Part shown: piece by piece, positions 1 through 9,287 of the stretch
Position numbering within the stretch: the stretch's first letter is position 1
How the letters are laid out: every line of letters starts with the position of its first letter
Source of the DNA: Dehalococcoidia bacterium
GTDB lineage: Bacteria; Chloroflexota; Dehalococcoidia; Lucifugimonadales; G963668185
Direction: 5' to 3'
NCBI GenBank assembly: GCA_965261935.1
Contig: OZ253485.1
Span: 472,388 to 536,387 of the forward strand
Length of the DNA stretch: 64,000 nucleotides
Program-made: the position numbers and the translations under genes
Notes under the pieces: generated by a model
Seen by the model: only the letters and a program-made list of their open reading frames with translations
Database searches by the model: none
Told to the model about the DNA's origin: nothing

Positions 1-464
1 AGGACCTGCGGGTCATGGACCAGCGTCGCCGCGAGCCTCATGCGCTGCCGCATGCCGCGTGAGTACTCGGAAAGCGAGCGGTGCTGCGCCTCGGCCATGT
101 CCACGTAGTCGATCGCCCGGTCGACGTGTTCGTCCAGATCGTCAATACGCATGAGGCGCGCGCAGGTCTTGACGAACGCCCTGCCGGACAGGAACTCGTA
201 GACGGCCTGGTGCTCAGACATGACCCCGATGTTCCGGTAGACGTCAGGATTCCCGCGAGCGTTCTGGCCCAGGACTGTGACTTCGCCTTCGGAAGGAGCG
301 GCGAGGCCGGTGATCATGCTCAGCAGCGTGGTCTTGCCCGCTCCGTTGGGTCCCAGCAGACCGGTGATGCCGGGATTGATTTCTAAAGATACGCCGTTGA
401 CGGCGACCACGTTTCCGAACCACTTGGAAACGTTGCTGACGACTATGGTGGCCCCGGCGTTCAT
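1..464 (-). CDS. ABC transporter ATP-binding protein (runs off the window edge)
   Basis: Manual translation from ATG at 464 gives MNAGATIVVSNVSKWFGNVVAVNGVSLEINPGITGLLGPNGAGKTTLL (Walker A). It starts 6 nt after the permease stop. Confidence 0.9.
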   Translation of the reverse strand, partial: MNAGATIVVSNVSKWFGNVVAVNGVSLEINPGITGLLGPNGAGKTTLLSMITGLAAPSEGEVTVLGQNARGNPDVYRNIGVMSEHQAVYEFLSGRAFVKTCARLMRIDDLDEHVDRAIDYVDMAEAQHRSLSEYSRGMRQRMRLAATLVHDPQV

Positions 465-469
465 GACGG

Positions 470-1387
470 TCAGCGTGCGAGCCCCCGGTAGCGCCACCAC
501 AGGAATGCACCCGCGCCGGCGGTCAGTAGCACGTACCAGGCCACGGGGACGGCGGGGTTCAAACTGGCTGCGGAGTTAACGACCGGGCTGTTGTTTGAGC
601 TTTCCTCGAAAATGTGCCGATTCACGTGGCTCGGGACCTGTCCGAGGTCGACGAGCGCGATCCAGTGTCCGGCGTCTCCGGAGGGTGTTTCGCATACTGC
701 GCTTTCTGCGCCTCCCTCGCAGCCTCCAAGCGGGTTGGCGACTGACGTGGAGATGATGTACAGGCCGATGATAATCGCGGCGGCGTAAGCCCTGCGCGTG
801 GTCAGCGCGGCGGCGGCCAGTGCAATTGTCGTAGTGAACAGGGCCAGAACGAGGCCCGCGCTCAAGAACCTTGGGGCGTCCAACCAGTTTTCGCGCAGGT
901 ACTCCGGCGTATCGTTCGAACCCATGGCGAACGATACGAACAGCACGATCTGTCCCAGATAGACCAGGGCAAGCGTCACAGAGAACAGAGCAAGCCAGCG
1001 ACCGGCAAGGTAGTCGGCCATGGTCAGCGGCCTGACGATGTAAAGGCTGATCACCATGTCTCGCCTATCGGGGCACAGCAACTCAGGTCCGATGACGGCC
1101 GTGAAGAACAGCATAAACGTGAGTACTATCTGCAGGTACGTGGAGTGGTCAACGATGTCAGCCTCTTGCAGACCGATCTGAACCGCAATTACGCCTATGA
1201 CAATGGCCGGCAGCGTTACGGCAACGATGAAGAGGCCGGGAATGATCTTTGCCCACGCGCTCCTGCCGATGCCCAATGAAGTGCGGATTCCCTCTAGCCA
1301 GAGCGCTCGTCGCGCGCGGCCTCGGCCCTCACGCGGGCCGTCGTACCGTTGATAGCCGAGATCGAACACCTCGCCGCGAGCTTCCAT
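470..1387 (-). CDS. ABC-2 type transporter permease
   Basis: Several hydrophobic segments and the motif GPELLCPDRRDMVISLYIVRPLT typical of ABC-2 permeases. Lies between two ABC ATPases. Confidence 0.85.
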   Translation of the reverse strand: MEARGEVFDLGYQRYDGPREGRGRARRALWLEGIRTSLGIGRSAWAKIIPGLFIVAVTLPAIVIGVIAVQIGLQEADIVDHSTYLQIVLTFMLFFTAVIGPELLCPDRRDMVISLYIVRPLTMADYLAGRWLALFSVTLALVYLGQIVLFVSFAMGSNDTPEYLRENWLDAPRFLSAGLVLALFTTTIALAAAALTTRRAYAAAIIIGLYIISTSVANPLGGCEGGAESAVCETPSGDAGHWIALVDLGQVPSHVNRHIFEESSNNSPVVNSAASLNPAVPVAWYVLLTAGAGAFLWWRYRGLAR

Positions 1388-2289
1388 CAGGAGGTCGGGC
1401 TCCTGAAGATGTCGGTCAAGGTGCCGCGCCTCGGGCCCATGCGGCGCAGTCTTGCGCCGGACTCAACGATGGCGTCACGGATGTGATCGTATCCGGTGTC
1501 GTCGCTCAGTTCGACCACTATTGCGCCGCCGTCCAGTGTGGCCTGGACGTCCAGGCCCTCGAGCACCGCCAAGAGCTCGTCCCGGTTCTCGTCGACTTCC
1601 ACGTAAACCGCCTCAGTCTCCTGGGTGAAGCCCGAAACGGTCCCCTGTTGGATGACTTCGCCTTCTTCGAGAACGATGAGCTTGTCGCAGGTGCGCTCGA
1701 CGTCATTCATGAGGTGCGAAGACAGCAACACGCTGATTCCGAAGTCCGTGCCGATGCGATGGACGAGGTCCAACATGTCTTCGCGGCTGGCGGGATCCAG
1801 GCCGGCAGTCGGCTCGTCCATCAGAATGATAACCGGATCGTGCACAAGGGCCTGTGCCAGCTTGACGCGCTGCTTCATTCCGGTCGAGTACTGGTCTATG
1901 GGCCGATAGCGTTCCTCGTGGAGGCCGACGTGCCGCAGTGTGTCCGCCGACCGGATGCGGGCGTCCTCGGCGGGCAGGCCGCTAATCTGTGCCATGTGAG
2001 CCAGAAACTCGGAGGCGTTCATGGCGCCCGGGAGGCAGTCGTGCTCGGGCATGTAACCGATTCGCTGCCTGGCATCGACCGAAACGTAGGGTTCCTGCCC
2101 GAGAATCAGGGCAGCGCCGGACGTGGGCCTGGTAAGGCCGAGGAACAGCTTGATCGCGGTCGACTTCCCGGCGCCGTTGGGGCCGAGGATGCCGGTTATG
2201 CCCTGCGACACCTCAAAGTCCACAGAGTTCAGGGCGGTGGTAGAGCCGTATACCTTGGTGAGGCTCTTCGCCTCAAGAAGTGGAGTCAC
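1387..2289 (-). CDS. ABC transporter ATP-binding protein
   Basis: Walker A GPNGAGKST, signature YSTGMKQR, Walker B ILMDEPTAGLD, H-loop SSH. Confidence 0.95.
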   Translation of the reverse strand: MTPLLEAKSLTKVYGSTTALNSVDFEVSQGITGILGPNGAGKSTAIKLFLGLTRPTSGAALILGQEPYVSVDARQRIGYMPEHDCLPGAMNASEFLAHMAQISGLPAEDARIRSADTLRHVGLHEERYRPIDQYSTGMKQRVKLAQALVHDPVIILMDEPTAGLDPASREDMLDLVHRIGTDFGISVLLSSHLMNDVERTCDKLIVLEEGEVIQQGTVSGFTQETEAVYVEVDENRDELLAVLEGLDVQATLDGGAIVVELSDDTGYDHIRDAIVESGARLRRMGPRRGTLTDIFRSPTS

Positions 2290-3392
2290 GAATGCTGCGC
2301 GGCCCGCTCAAGACGCGGTACAGATAGTTCGGCTGTAATGTCGTCGAACCAATCGATGACTTCGCGGTGTAGCGGAATGCCGTTGGCAAGCCTCTCCTGT
2401 GTCTCTTCGTGTTCGCTTAGGCCCGGATACAGAACGCGGTCGTAGCCGGGAGCGGGCTTTGTTGTCCTCAATGTCTCTAACATGCGGTCCATGGTGTTTT
2501 TGAAGTCGTGAAGGTCCGTGAAGGCCGCGATGTTGTAAGCGGAAAAGAATGTGCCGCTTGTGCCGCGGATGTCCGGCGCGTTCATGGCGGATGGAGATCC
2601 GCCGAGCAGGCGGGCCAGGATCTCGGACATCATCGCCAGACCGTAGCCCTTGTGGGAGCCATGCTCCCTGCTGCCGCCCAGCGGCAAAAGGAAGTATTCT
2701 CCCATATCTGTCGCAGGTGTCGGCTCGGTCTTGGGAAGGCCGTCCGGCCCCGCGATCCATCCGGGCAGGAGGTCGGCGTCGACCCGCTGCGCCAGGCGCA
2801 CCTTGTTGCCGGCGATCGTGGACGTGGCGGCATCGAACAGGAAGAAGGGCTCTGTGCTTGCCGGCGCCGCGATTGACACGGGATTGGTGCCGAACCTGGG
2901 TTCCGCGCCGAACGTGGGAGGGATGGCGGGCCCGCCGGCCGTCATGCACATGCCGATCATGTCCGCCTCGGCAGCGAGCATGGCGTGGTGGCCGACGGCT
3001 CCTGTATGGCCGCTGTTGTGCATCGAGACCGCGCCCACGCCCGTCTCCCTGGCCTTGCTGATGGCGATTCGCATGACCTTTGGAGCTATGATCACTCCCA
3101 GGCCTCGGTCCGCGTCCACAGCAGCGCCCGACGGAGATTCTTGTATGACTCGCCAGTTGGGCCGAGGATTGAGGCTGCCCTGCTGGTACGATGAGATGTA
3201 CGACCGCAGCATGTTGGACACGCCGTGGGTCTCTACGCCGCGAAGATCGGTCATGACGAGGGTGTTGGCGCCTTCCTGGGCATCGTCATCGGGAACGCCT
3301 ACTTTGACGAACAGCGCCTCGACCGTTCGACGCAACGACGCGGCCGGAACTCTGACCTCGTCCTCTTTCGGGACCTTGAATCGCTCTAGCAT
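2286..3392 (-). CDS. Ldh_2 family (malate/L-lactate/ureidoglycolate/sulfolactate-type) oxidoreductase
   Basis: Motifs DLRGVETHG, HNSGHTG, FGTNP, DAATS and GSHKGYGLA. GTGA overlap with the downstream ABC ATPase. Confidence 0.9.
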   Translation of the reverse strand: MLERFKVPKEDEVRVPAASLRRTVEALFVKVGVPDDDAQEGANTLVMTDLRGVETHGVSNMLRSYISSYQQGSLNPRPNWRVIQESPSGAAVDADRGLGVIIAPKVMRIAISKARETGVGAVSMHNSGHTGAVGHHAMLAAEADMIGMCMTAGGPAIPPTFGAEPRFGTNPVSIAAPASTEPFFLFDAATSTIAGNKVRLAQRVDADLLPGWIAGPDGLPKTEPTPATDMGEYFLLPLGGSREHGSHKGYGLAMMSEILARLLGGSPSAMNAPDIRGTSGTFFSAYNIAAFTDLHDFKNTMDRMLETLRTTKPAPGYDRVLYPGLSEHEETQERLANGIPLHREVIDWFDDITAELSVPRLERAAQHS

Positions 3393-3556
3393 TTTCTATC
3401 GATCCGGCCCAGCCTCTAGGAGCTTGGCAAATAGCGCGACAAGCGTACCATAACGGTTGGCCCTGGCAGAGGCGGTCAGCAACTGTGATTTGTCTGTGTC
3501 CTGCACGCCGCCACAGTCTCGGGCACTGATTTGCAGGCAGCAATACCGTAGTTACA

Positions 3557-3585
3557 TTGACGCTCCCGGAGGTCGCTGCTAGCAT
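3557..3585 (+). promoter_or_regulatory. Putative sigma70 promoter of the first cupredoxin gene
   Basis: TTGACG-N17-TAGCAT about 70 nt upstream of the start. Confidence 0.5.
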
Positions 3586-3654
3586 CGACAGCCGCAATTC
3601 AGGCAGATATGCGCCTGCTCGTGGAATGCTAATGCAGGAAAAGGGAGAAGATCC

Positions 3655-4104
3655 TTGAAGAGACTGGTGTTTACTGCAGTGGTGATGGTGTTGGGAGCGG
3701 CGGCTCTAGCCGCATGCGGCGGAGGCGGATCGGACAAACCGGCGCCAACGCCCGAACCGACGAAGGCGACGCCGCAAGCTACGGCCGCGCCAACAGAGGC
3801 CGCGTCTTCGACGTCGGCAGGCGACGACGTGGTTAAGGTTGTGAACCGGGACCCGGGCGGTAGCGGCAAGTACGAGTTCTCTCCGCCCGAACTGACCTTC
3901 TCGGTTGGCGAGACGGCTACTTTTCAGGTTTCGGCGGAGACCGAGTTCCACACTTTTGAAGTTGACGAACTGGACATTAGCCACGAGATGGAAGCGGGCC
4001 AGACCATCGAGTTCACGGTGACGTTTGACAAGGCTGGAACGTTCGAATTCTACTGCGTGCCGCACGAGGCGTTGGGGATGACGGGGACGATCACGGTTAA
4101 CTAA
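3655..4104 (+). CDS. Cupredoxin (plastocyanin/azurin-like) lipoprotein
   Basis: Lipobox LAAC, Pro/Thr/Ala linker, type-1 copper ligands FHTF ... YCVPHEALGM. Confidence 0.85.
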   Translation: MKRLVFTAVVMVLGAAALAACGGGGSDKPAPTPEPTKATPQATAAPTEAASSTSAGDDVVKVVNRDPGGSGKYEFSPPELTFSVGETATFQVSAETEFHTFEVDELDISHEMEAGQTIEFTVTFDKAGTFEFYCVPHEALGMTGTITVN

Positions 4105-4156
4105 GGTCGAGATCGTCCGCCGTCACAGTTTAGATGTCAGCCGCAACCTACCTTCG

Positions 4157-4780
4157 TCAAATCAGTTGTGGCGGTATCTCTGGCTCGGGTCGCGACTGCT
4201 TATGCTTCGCTCGTTCAGTCTGCACCCGTTGGTACTCGTCTCTGTAGTGCTGTTCGATTTTCCGGCGGATTTCGTTAACGTATCCTAACCACGCACGAGC
4301 ATATGCTTGGCGTGGCTTCTTGTGTGTGTCGACCTTTTCGCCGGTTACGAATTGAAGCTTGATTTTATGAGTGAACCACTCTCTGTGTTCGTCGTACAAG
4401 CGGTAATGAAGACCACAGTTCTCCCCCCGATGTGACCAGACATCGACCATGTCGGCTTCGTTACCCCCCTGCTTTCGAAGCGCATCGCTCTGATAGATGA
4501 ATTGTTCCCATTCCTCTGGGGTCACGGTACTTACCCAATGGGCAGCGTCTTCAAAACCCTGGGCATCCCAGTCCGGTTCGATCATGGGAGCATTTCCGGA
4601 TTCAACCAATCTTGCGACATGCTCATCGATGCCATCGAAAGCGGCTTGGGCCTTGGCTCTCTCGTCTGTGGCGACGAGGTCTTCGAGTGCCTCTCGACAA
4701 ACTTGGGAGACGTTAACTCGTGGTTCAATCTCCTTTACCCGCTCCATAAGTTGGGTGGGGACGTTGATTCCAATGCGCAT
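4157..4780 (-). CDS. Hypothetical protein with an N-terminal ribbon-helix-helix/CcdA-like segment
   Basis: 207-aa ORF with RBS GAGGAAA. MRIGINVPTQLMERVK..VNVSQVCREALE resembles RHH antitoxin/regulator N-termini. The rest is not recognised. Confidence 0.55.
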   Translation of the reverse strand: MRIGINVPTQLMERVKEIEPRVNVSQVCREALEDLVATDERAKAQAAFDGIDEHVARLVESGNAPMIEPDWDAQGFEDAAHWVSTVTPEEWEQFIYQSDALRKQGGNEADMVDVWSHRGENCGLHYRLYDEHREWFTHKIKLQFVTGEKVDTHKKPRQAYARAWLGYVNEIRRKIEQHYRDEYQRVQTERAKHKQSRPEPEIPPQLI

Positions 4781-4879
4781 TCATTTCCTCCCTCACGGGT
4801 ATGTCGTATGCGGCACGATAGCATACCCGGCCCCATATTGGTGGCAAGTCAATTCCCAGCTAATTGCTCTTCGACATGA

Positions 4880-4960
4880 ATGGGAGTGGCCACTTTGAGG
4901 TTCGGAAAGGCGGGCACATTCAAGTTGATGGGGATGACGGGAACGGTCACGGTTAACTAG
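4880..4960 (+). pseudogene. Cupredoxin C-terminal remnant lacking the Cys/His copper loop
   Basis: Translates MGVATLRFGKAGTFKLMGMTGTVTVN* versus FTVTFDKAGTFEFYCVPHEALGMTGTITVN* of 3655-4104. The DNA GGGATGACGGGxACGxTCACGGTTAACTA is shared. Confidence 0.7.
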
Positions 4961-5131
4961 TCTCAAAGTCGTCCCTCATTTGCTGGTAGCATCGCCTGCG
5001 TCACGGGCAGGGGGGGCAGTGGATGGGACCGTATCCGTTTGCTTGAGTCTGGGAAACACTGCCAGGCTCGTTGACCATTTCAGCGGGATGGTGCTAGGAT
5101 GTGAATCTCTTCACTAACGTAGCTAGCGGCC

Positions 5132-5668
5132 GTGGAAACGGTACCTGAGGAGCATAAGGGCATAGTGTTGAAAATCGCCTCTCGCGCCGCCTTGTCGGCC
5201 GTATGCCTGACGATTTTGCTGGGCTTACTTGCGGCATGCGGAGCAGATGAAGCGGTCACGCAGTACAGGGACTCGCCGCCGCCCCCCGAGGGTGCGCCGG
5301 CGGAGTTAGTCGCCAAGCTGGCCACGGATCCGATGTTTGGCGGCCCCGTAGAGCAGGCGCCCGTGGGCAACCCAGATATCACCGAGGGTACGCCCGTGGC
5401 CGTGAGGCTCCAGGACCCAGGTGGCAGCGGTGTCTACGGGTACAATCCGGGCCAACTGACTTTATCGGTTGGAGAGGCGGTCATCTTCACACTGGTTGCG
5501 GAGACGGAGTTTCACACGTTCACGATTTCAGAGTTGGGACTGGACGCGCAGGTGGAGGCGGGAGAGGCGCTGTCGTTCGGGTTCCAGTTCTCTGAGCCGG
5601 GCGTGTACAACCTGATTTGCATTCCTCACGAAGCTCTGGGGATGGTCGGCAGTATCGTAGTGCAGTAG
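5132..5668 (+). CDS. Second cupredoxin lipoprotein
   Basis: Lipobox LAAC; DPGGSG, AETEFHTF and ICIPHEALGM are shared with the first paralog. Confidence 0.85.
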   Translation: METVPEEHKGIVLKIASRAALSAVCLTILLGLLAACGADEAVTQYRDSPPPPEGAPAELVAKLATDPMFGGPVEQAPVGNPDITEGTPVAVRLQDPGGSGVYGYNPGQLTLSVGEAVIFTLVAETEFHTFTISELGLDAQVEAGEALSFGFQFSEPGVYNLICIPHEALGMVGSIVVQ

Positions 5669-5778
5669 GCTGCCCGAAGGCTCGCAGTCTTTTGGCGGCG
5701 TCAGCCGCACTTCCACCTTACGGATTTCGCCCTGTGTGGGCATCCTGACCCCTATGCGATGAGCCCCGGCTGGGTTCG

Positions 5779-5808
5779 TTGACGCTCCGGATTTAGCGGT
5801 TCTATACT
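5779..5808 (+). promoter_or_regulatory. Putative sigma70 promoter of dnaN
   Basis: TTGACG-N18-TATACT 30 nt upstream of the ATG. Confidence 0.55.
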
Positions 5809-5837
5809 AGCGCCACCAATTTCAAAGGGAGCGACGA

Positions 5838-6971
5838 ATGCAGCTTTCCTGCCTGCAAGAGAACCTTAGCCGCGGCCTAAATGTGGTCGGTAGAGCCGTG
5901 GCCACCAGAACTACACTTCCAATCACTGCAAACGTCCTTATCTCCACCGACCAGGGCAGGCTCAAGCTGGTTGCGACGAACCTAGAGGTGGCAATCACCA
6001 CCTGGATAGGCGCGGACGTCCAAGAAGAAGGCGAAATCACGGTCCCTGCGCGGATACTTACAGAGTTCGTAAACTCGCTGCCGCCGGAGCGGATTGATAT
6101 TAGTTCGAGCACTGAGCCGCTGGGCATTGGCCTTTCGTGCGGGCGCTTCTCAGCCAACGTCAATGGCATGGCGGCGGCAGATTTCCCGCCAGTACCCACG
6201 GTTGACTCGGGCGTGGCAGGCATCACGGACCCAGGAGAATTGGGCCGCGCCATCAACCACGTTGCGTTCGCGGCGGCGACCGACGACTCTCGGCCCGTGC
6301 TGGCCGGGATCAAGGTTGAGATAAAGGGGGAGGACTACACCTTCGCCGCAGCGGACGGGTTCAGGCTGGCCGTCTACAAAGGCAAGATGGAGGGGGCGGC
6401 GCCGGAGGACCTGGACTTCATAATTCCCGCCCGGACGTTGCAGGAAGTGAACCGGTTGCTTTCAGGCCAGGTCCATCCAATAGAGTTCACGGTCACTCCA
6501 AACAAGAACCAGGCAATGTTCAGACTGGACAACGTGGAAGTAGTCTCGCAGTTGATCCAAGGTACTTTCCCCAACTACAACCAACTTGTACCCACATCGT
6601 ATGGAACGCGCGCCGTTATGGGGCTGTCCGATGTGTCGATGGCCACACGTACCGCGGCCATTTTCGCCAGGGACGGCAGCGGAATCGTCAGGCTTCATGT
6701 CCATACGGGTGAGGAGGGAGATCCGGGCAAGCTTGTAATCTCCTCCAAGTCGGAAGAAGTGGGCGACAACGAGAGCGAGGTCGACGTAAACGTAGAAGGC
6801 GAGGAGTCCAAGATCGCCTTCAACTGCAAGTATCTGACCGATGTCCTGGATGTTCTGGAGTCGGATGAAGTTGCCCTGGAGACCACGACTCCATCCAGCC
6901 CAGGCGTCCTGCGGCCAGTGGATGACGACTCTTACGTGCACGTTGTTATGCCGATGTTCGTGCAGTGGTGA
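5838..6971 (+). CDS. dnaN: DNA polymerase III beta sliding clamp
   Basis: 377 aa; ATNLEVAI, SRPVLAG, AADGFRLA, LIQGTFPNY, IAFNCKYL and a C-terminal VVMPM. Confidence 0.97.
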   Translation: MQLSCLQENLSRGLNVVGRAVATRTTLPITANVLISTDQGRLKLVATNLEVAITTWIGADVQEEGEITVPARILTEFVNSLPPERIDISSSTEPLGIGLSCGRFSANVNGMAAADFPPVPTVDSGVAGITDPGELGRAINHVAFAAATDDSRPVLAGIKVEIKGEDYTFAAADGFRLAVYKGKMEGAAPEDLDFIIPARTLQEVNRLLSGQVHPIEFTVTPNKNQAMFRLDNVEVVSQLIQGTFPNYNQLVPTSYGTRAVMGLSDVSMATRTAAIFARDGSGIVRLHVHTGEEGDPGKLVISSKSEEVGDNESEVDVNVEGEESKIAFNCKYLTDVLDVLESDEVALETTTPSSPGVLRPVDDDSYVHVVMPMFVQW

Positions 6972-7038
6972 CACAGGCAGGGGGCAGGACGTGTAAGTGT
7001 TCAGAGTTTGTGAGATGTGCAGGAAACACCCGCCCTGC

Positions 7039-7166
7039 TGTCATTCTGAGGAGTGTAGCGACGAAGAATCTAAGTTCGTAGGCATGCGCCGGGCTGTTCA
7101 GAAGTAGGCTGCCCTCAATGGCCTGCTTAGATTTCTCACTCCGCCGGCGCTGCGTTCGGAATGACA
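7039..7166. repeat. Extragenic palindromic (REP/MITE-like) element
   Basis: TGTCATTCTGAG...CGACGAAGAATCTAAG ... CTTAGATTTCTC...GGAATGACA forms a long imperfect inverted repeat directly after dnaN. Confidence 0.7.
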
Positions 7167-7231
7167 ATCCGAGGAGCGCTGAAGATTCAACTCACGGAGA
7201 CTTAACAGTCACTAGGACTTTGGCCGGCGTG

Positions 7232-7260
7232 TTGACTTTTAAAGGCGGCGGCAATAGTAT
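7232..7260 (+). promoter_or_regulatory. Putative sigma70 promoter of the dehydrogenase/GlcG/cox region
   Basis: TTGACT-N17-TAGTAT. Confidence 0.6.
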
Positions 7261-7442
7261 CGGGGCGTTTCCGGCGCCCTCGGAGTGGTTTAGTCGGAAT
7301 CCCCGTTTTTGCCGGCTTGAGTCTAGTTGAAGGCCGTGCTGGCCGCTAGGGTTGAAATACGGCAGATCCTTCGAAATCGGGCCACGGTAAATTGTAGAAC
7401 GGATCTGCGTCTTTCGGTAAGTAAGAAGGAGGTGTTCTCTCT

Positions 7443-8591
7443 ATGAGGGCTGTCGTTTATAAGGAACCATTCAGCGTTGGGATCGAAGAAGTGCCCAGTC
7501 CCGAAATTCAGCATCCGAACGATGCCATCGTCAGAATCACCTCTTCATGCATATGCGGGTCTGACCTGCACATGTACGAGGGCCGCACGTCTGCGGAGCC
7601 CGGTATCGTGTTCGGGCACGAGAACATGGGCGTTATAGAGGAAGTCGGCTCCGGCGTAAAGGAGCGCAAGGTAGGGGACAGGGTGGTAATGCCCTTCAAC
7701 GTGGCCTGCGGATTCTGCAAGAACTGCCTTGGAGGATTCACTGGGTTTTGTACCACGGTCAATCCCGGCTTTGCCGGCGGCGCGTACGGCTATGTGGCGA
7801 TGGGTCCGTGGGTAGGAGGCCAGGCTGAGTACCTGCAGGTACCTTTCGTGGACTTCAACGGGCTTCCGCTACCGGAGGGAGACGAGCACGAGGCAGACTA
7901 CGCGCTACTCGCGGACATCTTCCCCACGGGCTATCACGGCGCGGAGATGGCCAGCGTAAGGCCCGGCGAGAGCGTGGCGGTTTACGGCGCCGGTCCGGTG
8001 GGCCTGATGGCCGCGTACAGCTGCCTGATCAGGGGGGCCGCGCGCGTGTTTGCAGTCGACCACGTACAGGAGCGGTTGGACATGGCCGAGTCGATCGGCG
8101 CCATTCCAGTCAACTACGACGATGTCGATCCGGTAGAGGCTATAGTTGACGCAACGGACGGCGGCACGGACAAGGGCATCGACGCGGTGGGCTATCAGGC
8201 CACCGCCCGCGGCTCCTCCGCGGCGGGCGGTGAACAGGACGAAATCCCGAACATCGTGCTGAACAACCTCATAGCGACGGTAAGGCCGACGGGCGCTATC
8301 GGGATTCCCGGCCTGTACGTCCCGTCGGACCCCGGCGGTGTCGATGAGGGGGCCAAGCGCGGCGCCCTATCGATCAACTTCGGGAAGCTGTTCGAGAAGG
8401 GGCTGAGGCTGGGCACCGGCCAATGCAACGTGAAGCAGTACAATGCCTACCTGCGCGACATGATCAGCGCCGGTAGAGCGGAACCGAGCTTCGTGGTATC
8501 ACACGAAATCGGCCTCGACGAGACGCCGGATGCCTACACGAAGTTCGATCAGCGCGTAGAGGGCTATACAAAGGTAATCATCCATCCGTAA
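7443..8591 (+). CDS. Glutathione-independent formaldehyde dehydrogenase-like zinc-dependent MDR enzyme
   Basis: CGSDLH, GHE, structural Zn motif CGFCKNC...C, LADIFPTGY, GAGPVG and DAVGYQA, typical of the FdhA-like subfamily. Confidence 0.88.
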   Translation: MRAVVYKEPFSVGIEEVPSPEIQHPNDAIVRITSSCICGSDLHMYEGRTSAEPGIVFGHENMGVIEEVGSGVKERKVGDRVVMPFNVACGFCKNCLGGFTGFCTTVNPGFAGGAYGYVAMGPWVGGQAEYLQVPFVDFNGLPLPEGDEHEADYALLADIFPTGYHGAEMASVRPGESVAVYGAGPVGLMAAYSCLIRGAARVFAVDHVQERLDMAESIGAIPVNYDDVDPVEAIVDATDGGTDKGIDAVGYQATARGSSAAGGEQDEIPNIVLNNLIATVRPTGAIGIPGLYVPSDPGGVDEGAKRGALSINFGKLFEKGLRLGTGQCNVKQYNAYLRDMISAGRAEPSFVVSHEIGLDETPDAYTKFDQRVEGYTKVIIHP

Positions 8592-8655
8592 CCGAGCGCC
8601 GCTATAAACCAACCGGCTCCATAGGTGCTCAACAAATAATTTAGGAGAACAAATC

Positions 8656-9060
8656 ATGGCAGACATTAGTCTCGATCAGGCAGTTGCAGCGGTTGAGGCC
8701 TCAATAGCAAAGTCCAACGAGATGGGCGTTAAGATGGACATCGCCGTCGTTGATGCAGGTGCGAACCTCAAGGCGTTCGCGCGCATGGACGGCGCGTGGC
8801 TCGGGTCGATCGACATCGCTCAGATCAAGGCGCGAACATCCCGATTCTTTGATATGCCGACCGGGGCAATCGGCGGGCTGTCTCAGCCGGGAGGACCCCT
8901 GTACAACATTGAGCACTCCAATGGAGGCTTGATTACGTTCCCCGGGGGCCTACCGATCACCAATGGGGATGATGAAGTCATCGGAGCCATCGGCGTATCC
9001 GGCAGCACCGTTGAGGATGACCACGCCGTCGCCGAGGCCGGTGTCGCCGCCGTTTCCTAG
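8656..9060 (+). CDS. GlcG/HbpS (DUF336) heme-binding protein, copy 1
   Basis: [32 protein letters not shown]. Confidence 0.9.
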   Translation: MADISLDQAVAAVEASIAKSNEMGVKMDIAVVDAGANLKAFARMDGAWLGSIDIAQIKARTSRFFDMPTGAIGGLSQPGGPLYNIEHSNGGLITFPGGLPITNGDDEVIGAIGVSGSTVEDDHAVAEAGVAAVS

Positions 9061-9287
9061 ACCTGACCTGTAATAGGAGACCAAAAGCCCACAGTAAACT
9101 AAGTTGCTGAAGACCGGGTCCTCTTGCTTGGGGCCCGGTCATCGGTTTGTCTGCCGTCCGTGAAGATTGCCGGTGGATCTCGGACATCTGGACTGTTCGG
9201 AGCCTCAACACCTGCTAACCCGGCCTCGCTATGACTAGGTTGAGGGTCGTGAACCAAAGCGATACTTAGCGAAAAGGAATTGGGATC

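Noticed and set aside
1249-2445. 398-aa plus-strand ORF
   Set aside because: It is the antisense shadow of the ABC ATPase in GC-rich DNA.
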